A stretch of DNA of 64,000 nt from Naegleria gruberi (lineage: Eukaryota): the NCBI GenBank assembly GCA_000004985.1, contig GG738848.1, one strand, 5' to 3'. Below, piece after piece: positions 51,700 to 63,627 of this stretch. The first letter of the stretch is position 1. Each line of letters opens with the position of its first letter. Under the pieces are notes generated by a model. It worked only from the letters and a program-made list of their open reading frames with translations, had not been told where the DNA came from and searched no databases. The position numbers were made by a program, and so were the translations under genes.

Positions 51700-54013
51700 A
51701 TGACGAACATGGTTACACCCATGCATCACTCGATGGATCAATTTGCGTTTGATGAAGATCCCTCGCTTAATGATTCGCAGCGGAAGAAGAGAAAGATATC
51801 GGCAAGAAAGGTGCTTAGTTTGCGGAATATTATCATTACACTGATAGCTTTATTTATGGTGATTATTGCGTTTGTAGTGTGGATTATAGGATTCACAGCT
51901 AGTAATTCATCAACTCGTTTGTTGAGTGAGAGGCTGAAGGAGAGTTCTTCCGAGAGAGTAGTAGTAATGATTGAGAGTATGTTCTATCAGGCGCAGGATT
52001 TGGCTCTCACATTCAAGAATTTCTATGATCAACAATCCGATTACATGTCCAACTTTTTTGTAAATAGGACAATATATGAAAGAGCAGTCAAATCCATGTT
52101 GTTTTCCTCACTCATAACTAGGCAATCTGCAATGAATTCTGTTAATTTTGTTTTTAACACTGGTCATATTGTTGGATGGGAGTGCTATAACTTGGGTTGC
52201 AATTATATAATTTCGAGAGAGAGCGATTTAACCATGATGGCTTACAATTACGATTTTAAGGCAGGTAAGCTCAAAGATACTACAGTATATCAAGTACCTG
52301 GATTCAATGCTGCCACTATTATTCCAACATACAAGGTGGTTACAGATCCAATTTACAAAAATAGTACGGTGAGAGGAACTGGAATGTTTTTCCCAATTAG
52401 TAGACATGTTGTTTTCGTGGATACCTACGTTACATCGATTGCACTTCCGTACTATGATACGGATGAAAAGTTGGTAGGTGCTGCCAACGTTGTATTTTAT
52501 ACTGACACACTGAATAGTAAGGTCAGAGAAGCTAATCCTTCACAAGAGGGTTACATTATAGTTATCGAGGATAGTGGTGTGATTGTTGCTCACTCATTTG
52601 CTAATCAGACAGCCATTATGGAAAAACCATGTTATTTAGAAGGAAATGCAGCAGTGAAATCATTATGTTCCTATTTTTTTCCACCAAATGTAACTACCAT
52701 TAGTTCTAGATTCCCTAGTAGTACTCAAAAATTTTCTTTGGATGGTTTGTCAATTCAAAGAACTGAAACATCGTTCCCTGGTGTAAAGTGGCATATTTTC
52801 ATTGCCATTCCAGATAAGGAAATATTAGGTGATATTGTAGTGCAGTCGTATAATACCATTTGGATCTCTGCACTTGTATTGGTACTTGCAATTATAGTCT
52901 CTGTTCTGACAACCTTCTCACTGATGAGAACTCTTTCACAATTGGCCAGGTGTTTCGATGCTATTCGTAACTTGGATTTGGATGCATCCACCATTGTTAA
53001 AGCCACTTCAGGAAGAACCTATGTTTATGAATTGGGAGAATTACAAAACAATTTCAAGAGTATGATTGTTACCCTTAAATCTATTAGAAAGTTTGTTCCA
53101 GTCCAAATCATTAAAAAGATTCTCATCACTGGCAAGGAAGCATCACTGGGTATTCAAGATGCTGATGCAACTATCTTTTTCCTTGATATTGCTGGATTTA
53201 CCACTCTTTCAGAAAAGATGGAACCAAAGGCTTTGGTAGATATGATTTGTTCTGTATTTGAAACTTGTTCTCAGGCAATTTCAAGACGTGATGGTGTTAT
53301 TGACAAGTTTATTGGTGATGCAGGTATGTACATATTAATTCATGTATTTATTTATAATTATATTAGTTATGGCATTGTGGAATGTTCCAACTAAAACTCC
53401 AGATCACGAATATCATGCCATTCAAGCAGCCATTGAAATTCAAACAGAAATGGAAAAGAAGAATATACCAATTCGTATAGGAATCCATAGTGGTCGTGTA
53501 AAAGCTGGTAATATTGGAAGTGTTGATAGATTTAGCTTTAGTGTCGTTGGAGATGGGGCCAATTTAGCCAGTAGATTAGAAGGTGCCAACAAGGCTTACT
53601 CTTCAAAGATTATTTGTAGTAGTAGTACAATGGAGGTTGCTCTCATTAGTGAGGAACGATTAGTTCTTCATGATCCAAATATAAATCGACTCATGTATAG
53701 AAGATTAGATAAATTGAAAGTGAAAGGTAAAGAACAACCAGTATTGACCTACCAAGTCTTTCTCTCAAGCCATCCAAAACATACCAATGATTTAGACGCA
53801 AGAGATGTTAAACTCTACGAAAAGGCTTTTGATTTGTTGATGAAAAATCAATATAAGGAAGCTCTTGCAATATTTTATACTCTCATAGATAAGGCTCCTA
53901 AAGATGTTGTTTTGGAAAAGAAGATTGAGTTGTGCAAATCTTTAGTTGAGAATGGTGGTTTTTATGATGATGGAAAGAAGTTTGATGGCTCTATTGAATT
54001 TACTGAGAAGTAA
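51700..54013 (+). CDS. Receptor-type class III adenylyl-cyclase-like protein: TM, an extracellular sensor domain of about 330 aa, TM, a linker and a cyclase domain. Two exons.
   Basis: Exon 1 is 51700..53323 and ends GDA+G at a perfect CAG|GTATGT donor. A 43-nt intron spans 53324..53366. Exon 2 is 53367..54013. The splice restores the canonical cyclase motif KFIGDAVMALWNVP. Other cyclase motifs are ATIFFLDIAGFTTLSEKMEP and IRIGIHSGRVKAGNIGSVDRFSFSVVGDGANLASRLEG. TM1 is IITLIALFMVIIAFVVWIIGF and TM2 is IWISALVLVLAIIVSVLTTFSLM. A Lys lies at the substrate-specifying position (DKFIGD). Confidence 0.75.
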
Positions 54014-54282
54014 AAGTTGTCAGATGCAGTTCGATTCCGCAAGTTGAAATTATAAAAACCATCAATAGGGATTGTTCAATATCATGGAGAGAGTTTTTAT
54101 ATCTTTAATAAAAGTTTTTCTCTTGTTTCACACAACTAAGATTTTCCTTGAACCCAAATAAGTACATTAACAACAATTATCCAATCAATTTCAATCAAAA
54201 TGATTATCAAAATACCCACCTCAAATAGCTAATTCACGCATTTCCCAACAAATTCAAACATTGAAAAAATATAAACACAAAG

Positions 54283-54834
54283 ATGACATCATTCTCAACA
54301 GAATCCATCTTAATGAGTGGAATGTCAACAAATGGCACCAAGATGCATCCAATGCACATGTATTTCTCAATGGAATCATTTCAACCTTACTACAAATACA
54401 TTCTTTTCCAAAATTGGAATGCTGATACCGATTGGAAGTATGCTTTATCATTTTTAGGAGTGTTTTTATTGGCATTCTTCAATCAGTCGATATATTTCTC
54501 ACTTCACTTTCAAGTTGATGAGAAGAGGAGAAGAATTCTTCACTATCTAGTTTCATATATTGTAAAACCGATTGGTTTCTTTGTGGAAATGAGCATTGGA
54601 TATTTACTCATGTTGGTTTCAATGACGTATAACTTTGGATTGTTCATGGCAATAATTGTTGGTAACTTTATTGGATATATCATCTTCCAAATGTTGATTT
54701 CTGAATATTTGGAACGTAAACAAGCAAGAACCAGTGAAGAAGAAGTGGAAAGGCAATCGCTTACCAACCTTAAGGTCGGAGAAGAATCGGAACCAAAGAA
54801 GCCTTGTTGTAAGAAACAAAACGTAATAAATTAG
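54283..54834 (+). CDS. Ctr-family (SLC31-like) copper transporter.
   Basis: The 183-aa ORF has a Met-rich N-terminus (MSGMSTNGTKMHPMHMYFSME). Three TM helices are present. The last TM contains the GxxxG motif (IIVGNFIGYIIF). An MxxxM-type Met pair sits near TM2. The tail is acidic. Confidence 0.55.
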   Translation: MTSFSTESILMSGMSTNGTKMHPMHMYFSMESFQPYYKYILFQNWNADTDWKYALSFLGVFLLAFFNQSIYFSLHFQVDEKRRRILHYLVSYIVKPIGFFVEMSIGYLLMLVSMTYNFGLFMAIIVGNFIGYIIFQMLISEYLERKQARTSEEEVERQSLTNLKVGEESEPKKPCCKKQNVIN

Positions 54835-54923
54835 TTAGAAACGGTATGATGAGAATGATGTCTGAAATCTGGATTCATTACAACAAATCCTATTCCTTTA
54901 GTATCAGAATCTCAATGAAAATT

Positions 54924-56749
54924 TTATTTCTTGATTTCTTTTACTTCTTTATCTACCAATTTGATAGCTAGTTTAGCTCTTGCATGTATGATATCATCAA
55001 AAGTAAATCCACTTATCTTTTGACACTTTTCCAAAAGACTCTTTGTTTCATGTAAATATTTCAGTTTTTCCTCCTGTGAATTTTCAACTCCAGCAACAAC
55101 CTTATTAAAATAGGTGAACTCTGCCAATTCATAATATGAAAATGCTGACCAAATCTTTTCAATTTTGATCTTTTCAAATGAAGTGGTTTTGTGAAATTCT
55201 TGTAAACTTTCCTCAGCCTTGTTCAAAACTTGTAAAAAGTGTGCGTTAACGAAATGAATTCCAGAGCAAATATCTGGATAAACCTTTGATTTCTCATCCA
55301 CAACCTTTACATCCAACACAAATTGTTTGAAAAATTCATACAACGGTGTAATTAATTCCTCACTCATGTGTAACAAGTCTCTATTCCAATAGATATTCTG
55401 GAATAAAGAGAGAATTATAAATAGGTGTCTATCTTGCTCATTCTTGATATGTTTGAGAGTTTCTACCTTCTCGTGTGGGAATTTGTTTTGCTTGGAGACC
55501 TTCTTTGCCAGTGAATCAATGAGTTGATTTGCAGCTTGTTTATCACCCTTTTTGAGTTTACAAGCGGCCAAAAGAATGATACTATTACCTGTGGCATCAA
55601 ACTTTCCCTTCTCATGATTTGCCACTTGAGTTGACAACTCTTCAGCTTGTTCCAAATTGCCAGCATAAAATTGAGCTAGTCCCAAAACATAAATCATACT
55701 GATTGGTGTTTCTCCTGATGCTTGTGTCAAAACTTCAATGGATTGTGAAATGTTTTCTATTGCCTTATTCACCTGTCCATTTTTCACATTGTGATAAGCA
55801 ATTACAAATTTGAAAAATCCACTTTTTGGATAGAGATTGCCAACTTTTTGTAAAATTGGTTCTGCCAAATCCAAATTAATTTTAGGTTTTTGGAATGGAG
55901 TAGGAATGAATAGGTATTTCAAACAGAGCATAAAGGTTGCCTTTCCCAAGATTCTTCCACCATATTGCTGAGCTTTCTTCATCAATTCAAATCCCAAATC
56001 TCTATCAATATTGAATCCAATATGACTCAAAATGGCAAGTAGATCAGGAGGTAACACTGAAACCAATCCAACTCCAAAATACGTTGGATAAATCACATCA
56101 CTATGAATGAAATTATTTGAAGTTTTTGGTTCATTCTTAAATTGTTCAATTTTGTGATAAATTTCCTTATATTTCATAAAACAACTTCTAAAATTGTAAA
56201 ACCCTCTAATATATGATCCATCCATAAATTGCAATAAACTTCTCAATAAATGTGATTCAGCATCCACCAATTTCAAATCCAATTCATAATTAAACATTTG
56301 TTGATCTCTTGTCAATTCCTCTAATTTACAATAATTTTCACTTGTCTTTTCAGCAGAATCAAATCTTTCCAAATCTTCCACAGTAATCTCGGCATTCCAC
56401 TTTGAAATCTCATCAATCATCTTACTAATATCCTCAGATCGTTTATAACGTTGCAAAGTTGACTCCAATCCACCCAATTTATCAAAGGCAAATTTTCTCA
56501 TATTTTCATCACCACATGCAGCTGACACGAAAGCAGCTGAATTTAATATTTTACAAAATATTTAATTGATGAATTATTAAATAATAATATATTATCAATA
56601 CATAGTGTAATGATGAACAACAACTTACGAATTGTGGCCAATTCCAATGCCATCCTCGGAATGTGTGATTTATCAGCCATATACTCCTTGGCTTGCTCTA
56701 ATTCAGTATTCCAGACGAGGTAGTTTGCCTTGGTGATGCAGGCGTACAT
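54924..56749 (-). CDS. TPR-like helical-repeat protein with two exons.
   Basis: Exon 1 is 56749..56629 (MYACITKANYLVWNTELEQAKEYMADKSHIPRMALELATI) and ends at a GTAAGT donor. A 92-nt intron spans 56537..56628 with acceptor aattcAG. Exon 2 is 56536..54924, phase 1, verified in frame with ORF 54924..56528, whose M is a GTG. The body consists of alpha-helical repeat segments. Confidence 0.5.
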
Positions 56750-57120
56750 TTTTACTTGTTTTTTTTATTGTTTGTTGGATTGCATGATTTTGTGCGCTTG
56801 GAGTGGGTGTTTGTTTTTGAGGAGTAATAAAAAAACTCCGCGAACGGACTATGGTATTCTATTACTGTTATCTTTGGGACATTTATGCAATCTCACGAGC
56901 CATAGTACCAATTGGTATGAAGAAATCATTGAAAATGGTGGAAGCTAAGCTACGCGTTGTGGGATAGAGATCGATTTATTAAGAAGAACAAAAATTAGGT
57001 AATAAGGATTAATTTCCATCACATTTGACGTCATTTACTTGTTGGATTTTGTAAACTCTAAAAGTGTTATTCACAAAATCCAACAACTGCTATTGAAGCC
57101 ATGCAATCATGTAAAAAAAA

Positions 57121-57835
57121 ATGTCATTTGTGAGTTGCATTGGTGGCTTTCAATTTTTCAACATGTTTTCCAACTTGCTCTCAAAATTAACAACCCCAAA
57201 CAAGAGAAAGATTCAAATTTGCATGTTGGGAATTTGGTCTTGCGGAAAAACAACACTACTATACAAAATGGTGGGTCTTGATGGAGGTGGTCAAACCATT
57301 CCAACTATCGGATTTAATGTTGAATCAGTAGATTGTGAATCTCATACTCTTGAATTTGTATGTGCATTGAATGTTTCATGATCATTAATTATATATTTTA
57401 ATTAATAATTATTGTGCTGCAAATCATATGGATGAATATATATTGTATATTTTGATAATTACGTAGTGGGATATTGGAGGAGGATGTGCAATTCCACCAT
57501 TGTGGAAACACTACATCACTCCATCAGAAAATTTAAATACAAATTGTATCATTTTCATGATTGACAGCCAGAATACAGATAGACAGTACCTACAGGAATC
57601 TTTTAGGAATTTGAAAGATAATGTTTTACAGGTGGCTAATGTCAAGTTACTGATCTTGTTGAGCAAGTATGATTTTGATTCACATGATGGAACTGTGAAT
57701 CAGTGGGAAATTACAGATATTTTGAATGAGTGCAAGTTGGTTGATCCTTCTTATGAGTGGGTGATCAAGAAGTGTAATGCAAGGAATGGGAAGGGAGTCG
57801 AGGAAATTCTTGATTGGATTGTGGAGAATTGTTAA
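57121..57835 (+). CDS. Atypical Arf/Arl-family small GTPase with two exons. The catalytic Gln is replaced (WDIGGG) and NKxD reads SKYD.
   Basis: Exon 1 runs to 57357. G1 is LGIWSCGKTT and the Arf switch-I signature is IPTIGFNVE. The GTATGT donor is at 57358. A 109-nt intron spans 57358..57466 with acceptor acgtAG. Exon 2 is 57467..57835 and begins WDIGGGCAIPPLWKHYI. The Arf-like start MFSNLLSKL at 57163 may be the true initiator. Confidence 0.7.
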
Positions 57836-57894
57836 AATACATGAATATTGGACAGTGTTGGAACTCTCAGAAATTATGATGTGATTAGGATGTA

Positions 57895-59676
57895 TTGCAC
57901 CAATTTTATTTTAACCTTAAAAAAATGTCTATAAGCTCATCGTCAAGAATCACAGATTACTTCATCAATCCTCCTAAGGAAACACCTCCTAAGGCAGAGG
58001 AGAGCGTAATAAAGTACCCGTCTCTCGGTTGTGCTGGAGTGCTTAGTTCTGCTACAGTAGGAAGTGTAGCAACACAATTGTCACAACCTATGTTCCTTAA
58101 CAATTTCGGAATTAATGTTGATGCAGCACTAACTGATGATAAAGGAGAAAGAAACGAAGCAGAAAGAAATTTAGAGAAGGTGTTTTCACAGGACATTATT
58201 GATGACGCTTTGTTTAAAATAACACAAAGAAAATCTAATATTAAGGTTGGAGAAAACCACTCATGTGCTCTTGTTAATTGTAATTTGTTTTTGTCTATTA
58301 GATTTACAGATATGAAAGTGGATATGAACGGAAAAGAGTTAATACTTAAAGCTTCAGATGACGTTACTCACCACTCCAAATTCTCTAATCAAAGAGAAGA
58401 AGAAAAAGCCTCTTTTGATCTAACAGACGACGAGAAATCCTTCAATCTTTTATTGTATTACATGCAAAGTGTGTTGAGGGACACGTTGAAACCAGATTAT
58501 TACGTTATGCTTAATCAATGTAAATTTGTTACGGACCTTTTTGGCAAAAACATTGTTGAGATGTTCAGAGCAGAATCCAAAGAAATGAGGGAGGATTTTT
58601 TTGCAGATTTGTAAGTAGCTAATTAACTGGTTCAATGTTAATATTTCATAGTTTGAAAGTTATTATGCTGTCTCAAAGGCAATGCTTAGTGTTGATGGAG
58701 CAACTTGAAAAGAAAACAGGTTATATTTATCCCATTAAGGCTCCAAGTATGGGGAATGCTGGCGATTTTTACAGACTTTCAATGACAACAGTTCTCCCTT
58801 CGGAATTATTTTACTTTCTATTATTCGAATTGCAAATTACAAATCCAACTTTCACACAATTCAAATTGGCATCAATCATCCAACAGTTAAAAAACAAAAA
58901 GACCGATGTAAAGGCAGTCATAGATAACAAAAAGAGCGTTTCTGATGAAAATATACGTCTCATGGACAATCGTTACAAAAGTCTTGAACAAAAACTAACA
59001 ATACTAGAAAGCTTTTACCCAGAATTCTTAAGAGATCAAAATATTGTTATAGATAACACTGCATGCTGTTCAGCCATCGATAAACTCCAAGCAGGAATTG
59101 CTATTAAAGGAAGCATAATTTCTAATGAAAAAGATGTTAGAAGTCTTTTTTTGGATTGTCAAATTATTTCTAAATATGTAATTGAACTCACTAAGAGAGT
59201 GTTAAGAGAATTAGGAGTTGATATGAGTCTTATTATCACTAACACCGGAAAGGAGTTGAGTGATATAGACATTGACAACCATTTTGATTGTCTAAATATT
59301 AGATTCAAAAGAATGGTAAGTATCAAAACGACTTGAAGTTAAATCATATTGTAGCCAACAAACAGAAATAACAGATCTCGTGTCTTCATTGTTGAGAAAT
59401 ATTTGAATGATAAATGGTCCAAAACTCATATAATCAAACACTATGATGACAAAGATTACTTTGACAACGAAACTTATAGCAACCCTTTAGTTCTTAATAA
59501 GCATCACCGTGACCAAGTCCCTAACCTTTTTGTAGCAATTATGCCATTTATTGTTCATGATCATTCATATTGTACCCAAGAAAACATGCTTAAGATACTG
59601 TACTCTGCATCTCTATGTCTCTCAAAAACTCACAAGATGAAACATGTTCACGGAGACATAAAACCTGATCATATTT
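57895..59676 (+). CDS. Multi-exon gene ending in a protein-kinase catalytic domain. Partial, because the 3' end runs into the assembly gap.
   Basis: Exon 1 is 57895..58610. The ORF-track stop TAA is actually part of a GTAAGT donor. Intron 58611..58651 is 41 nt with acceptor tcatAG. Exon 2 is 58652..59315, with a GTAAGT donor right after ...FKRM. Intron 59316..59354 is 39 nt with acceptor ttgtAG. Exon 3 is 59355..59676+ and encodes RVFIVEKYLNDKWSKT (subdomain V-like) ... KMKHVHGDIKPDHI (catalytic loop HxDxKxxN-like). All junctions were checked in frame. Confidence 0.45.
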
Positions 59677-62600
59677 NNNNNNNNNNNNNNNNNNNNNNNN
59701 NNNNNNNNNNNNNNNNNNNNNNNNNNNNNNNNNNNNNNNNNNNNNNNNNNNNNNNNNNNNNNNNNNNNNNNNNNNNNNNNNNNNNNNNNNNNNNNNNNNN
59801 NNNNNNNNNNNNNNNNNNNNNNNNNNNNNNNNNNNNNNNNNNNNNNNNNNNNNNNNNNNNNNNNNNNNNNNNNNNNNNNNNNNNNNNNNNNNNNNNNNNN
59901 NNNNNNNNNNNNNNNNNNNNNNNNNNNNNNNNNNNNNNNNNNNNNNNNNNNNNNNNNNNNNNNNNNNNNNNNNNNNNNNNNNNNNNNNNNNNNNNNNNNN
60001 NNNNNNNNNNNNNNNNNNNNNNNNNNNNNNNNNNNNNNNNNNNNNNNNNNNNNNNNNNNNNNNNNNNNNNNNNNNNNNNNNNNNNNNNNNNNNNNNNNNN
60101 NNNNNNNNNNNNNNNNNNNNNNNNNNNNNNNNNNNNNNNNNNNNNNNNNNNNNNNNNNNNNNNNNNNNNNNNNNNNNNNNNNNNNNNNNNNNNNNNNNNN
60201 NNNNNNNNNNNNNNNNNNNNNNNNNNNNNNNNNNNNNNNNNNNNNNNNNNNNNNNNNNNNNNNNNNNNNNNNNNNNNNNNNNNNNNNNNNNNNNNNNNNN
60301 NNNNNNNNNNNNNNNNNNNNNNNNNNNNNNNNNNNNNNNNNNNNNNNNNNNNNNNNNNNNNNNNNNNNNNNNNNNNNNNNNNNNNNNNNNNNNNNNNNNN
60401 NNNNNNNNNNNNNNNNNNNNNNNNNNNNNNNNNNNNNNNNNNNNNNNNNNNNNNNNNNNNNNNNNNNNNNNNNNNNNNNNNNNNNNNNNNNNNNNNNNNN
60501 NNNNNNNNNNNNNNNNNNNNNNNNNNNNNNNNNNNNNNNNNNNNNNNNNNNNNNNNNNNNNNNNNNNNNNNNNNNNNNNNNNNNNNNNNNNNNNNNNNNN
60601 NNNNNNNNNNNNNNNNNNNNNNNNNNNNNNNNNNNNNNNNNNNNNNNNNNNNNNNNNNNNNNNNNNNNNNNNNNNNNNNNNNNNNNNNNNNNNNNNNNNN
60701 NNNNNNNNNNNNNNNNNNNNNNNNNNNNNNNNNNNNNNNNNNNNNNNNNNNNNNNNNNNNNNNNNNNNNNNNNNNNNNNNNNNNNNNNNNNNNNNNNNNN
60801 NNNNNNNNNNNNNNNNNNNNNNNNNNNNNNNNNNNNNNNNNNNNNNNNNNNNNNNNNNNNNNNNNNNNNNNNNNNNNNNNNNNNNNNNNNNNNNNNNNNN
60901 NNNNNNNNNNNNNNNNNNNNNNNNNNNNNNNNNNNNNNNNNNNNNNNNNNNNNNNNNNNNNNNNNNNNNNNNNNNNNNNNNNNNNNNNNNNNNNNNNNNN
61001 NNNNNNNNNNNNNNNNNNNNNNNNNNNNNNNNNNNNNNNNNNNNNNNNNNNNNNNNNNNNNNNNNNNNNNNNNNNNNNNNNNNNNNNNNNNNNNNNNNNN
61101 NNNNNNNNNNNNNNNNNNNNNNNNNNNNNNNNNNNNNNNNNNNNNNNNNNNNNNNNNNNNNNNNNNNNNNNNNNNNNNNNNNNNNNNNNNNNNNNNNNNN
61201 NNNNNNNNNNNNNNNNNNNNNNNNNNNNNNNNNNNNNNNNNNNNNNNNNNNNNNNNNNNNNNNNNNNNNNNNNNNNNNNNNNNNNNNNNNNNNNNNNNNN
61301 NNNNNNNNNNNNNNNNNNNNNNNNNNNNNNNNNNNNNNNNNNNNNNNNNNNNNNNNNNNNNNNNNNNNNNNNNNNNNNNNNNNNNNNNNNNNNNNNNNNN
61401 NNNNNNNNNNNNNNNNNNNNNNNNNNNNNNNNNNNNNNNNNNNNNNNNNNNNNNNNNNNNNNNNNNNNNNNNNNNNNNNNNNNNNNNNNNNNNNNNNNNN
61501 NNNNNNNNNNNNNNNNNNNNNNNNNNNNNNNNNNNNNNNNNNNNNNNNNNNNNNNNNNNNNNNNNNNNNNNNNNNNNNNNNNNNNNNNNNNNNNNNNNNN
61601 NNNNNNNNNNNNNNNNNNNNNNNNNNNNNNNNNNNNNNNNNNNNNNNNNNNNNNNNNNNNNNNNNNNNNNNNNNNNNNNNNNNNNNNNNNNNNNNNNNNN
61701 NNNNNNNNNNNNNNNNNNNNNNNNNNNNNNNNNNNNNNNNNNNNNNNNNNNNNNNNNNNNNNNNNNNNNNNNNNNNNNNNNNNNNNNNNNNNNNNNNNNN
61801 NNNNNNNNNNNNNNNNNNNNNNNNNNNNNNNNNNNNNNNNNNNNNNNNNNNNNNNNNNNNNNNNNNNNNNNNNNNNNNNNNNNNNNNNNNNNNNNNNNNN
61901 NNNNNNNNNNNNNNNNNNNNNNNNNNNNNNNNNNNNNNNNNNNNNNNNNNNNNNNNNNNNNNNNNNNNNNNNNNNNNNNNNNNNNNNNNNNNNNNNNNNN
62001 NNNNNNNNNNNNNNNNNNNNNNNNNNNNNNNNNNNNNNNNNNNNNNNNNNNNNNNNNNNNNNNNNNNNNNNNNNNNNNNNNNNNNNNNNNNNNNNNNNNN
62101 NNNNNNNNNNNNNNNNNNNNNNNNNNNNNNNNNNNNNNNNNNNNNNNNNNNNNNNNNNNNNNNNNNNNNNNNNNNNNNNNNNNNNNNNNNNNNNNNNNNN
62201 NNNNNNNNNNNNNNNNNNNNNNNNNNNNNNNNNNNNNNNNNNNNNNNNNNNNNNNNNNNNNNNNNNNNNNNNNNNNNNNNNNNNNNNNNNNNNNNNNNNN
62301 NNNNNNNNNNNNNNNNNNNNNNNNNNNNNNNNNNNNNNNNNNNNNNNNNNNNNNNNNNNNNNNNNNNNNNNNNNNNNNNNNNNNNNNNNNNNNNNNNNNN
62401 NNNNNNNNNNNNNNNNNNNNNNNNNNNNNNNNNNNNNNNNNNNNNNNNNNNNNNNNNNNNNNNNNNNNNNNNNNNNNNNNNNNNNNNNNNNNNNNNNNNN
62501 NNNNNNNNNNNNNNNNNNNNNNNNNNNNNNNNNNNNNNNNNNNNNNNNNNNNNNNNNNNNNNNNNNNNNNNNNNNNNNNNNNNNNNNNNNNNNNNNNNNN

Positions 62601-62885
62601 NNNNNNNNNNNNNNNNNNNNNNNNNNNNNNNNNNNNNNNNNNNNNNNNNNNNNNNNNNNNNNNNNNNNNNNNNNNNNNNNNNNNNNNNNNNNNNNNNNNN
62701 NNNNNNNNNNNNNNNNNNNNNNNNNNNNNNNNNNNNNNNNNNNNNNNNNNNNNNNNNNNNNNNNNNNNNNNNNNNNNNNNNNNNNNNNNNNNNNNNNNNN
62801 NNNNNNNNNNNNNNNNNNNNNNNNNNNNNNNNNNNNNNNNNNNNNNNNNNNNNNNNNNNNNNNNNNNNNNNNNNNNNNNNNNNNN
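59677..62885. other. Assembly gap of 3209 N.
   Basis: A run of N. The 1198-aa minus-strand ORF at 59622..63218 is an artefact of translating N as X. Confidence 0.95.
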
Positions 62886-63627
62886 TTGGTTACAACATTT
62901 ACTCAACCTAAAGGTATTACCATGTTCAATGGTGATATTTATGTGGCAGACACAGGAGTAGCTGTTGTGTGGAAAGTTAAAATTACATACAGAAATGTTG
63001 GTACAGCAACTATTTATGCTGGAAGTTTCAGTACTTTGAATAATAATTATTGCAATGTCATTTATGCTACCAATTGTAAACTTATCAAACCAACAAGTGT
63101 AACTTTCTTTCAAGATGGGACTATGGCAATAGCTGATGGTAGTAGAGTTATTATGGTTAGTAAAGACCAAACGGCTTACCCAGCCCCTTTTTCCATGAGT
63201 GTTACTAATCCTATTCATGTTGTTGCATATTATGCTTCCAACATGTTAGTTTCTGATGCAGGTTTATCACGTTTCATTCAATTCAATAAGGATCAAGCTC
63301 AACCAAATACCAATGAAGTTTTGCGTAATGGATGGTCAGGAAATACATATTTTGGTATTGTTAAACAAGCTGATAATTCCAAGAATGTGTTTTTCCTCAC
63401 ATCTCAAGATCGCAATAACCAAAGAAATCAAGTTGCTTTGTTTAATTTTATTGACAGCGATTTACCAAGCACCAGTATAACAACACTGTATGGCATGTAT
63501 AGTTCTTTCAATTTTGACAATCCACATAATGCTTTGGGCATTTACTTGCCTGAGCCACAACAAATGAGATTGACTTCTAGTAATCAATTATATTTCCCAG
63601 TTTTCAATTCTGCTGTTGTTAAAGTTG
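62886..63627 (+). pseudogene. Subtelomeric open reading frame fragment, beta-propeller/NHL-like, open from the gap edge into the telomere repeat with no stop.
   Basis: There are 247 sense codons with no stop in AT-rich DNA (LVTTFTQPKGITMFNGDIYVADTGVAVVWKV...[11 protein letters not shown]). The frame then continues through the (GGGTTT)n repeat, which has no stop in any frame. The 5' end is lost in the gap. Confidence 0.3.

Noticed and set aside
59622-63218. The 1198-aa minus-strand ORF in the six-frame track.
   Set aside because: It consists almost entirely of X from translating the 3209-N assembly gap. It has no biological meaning.
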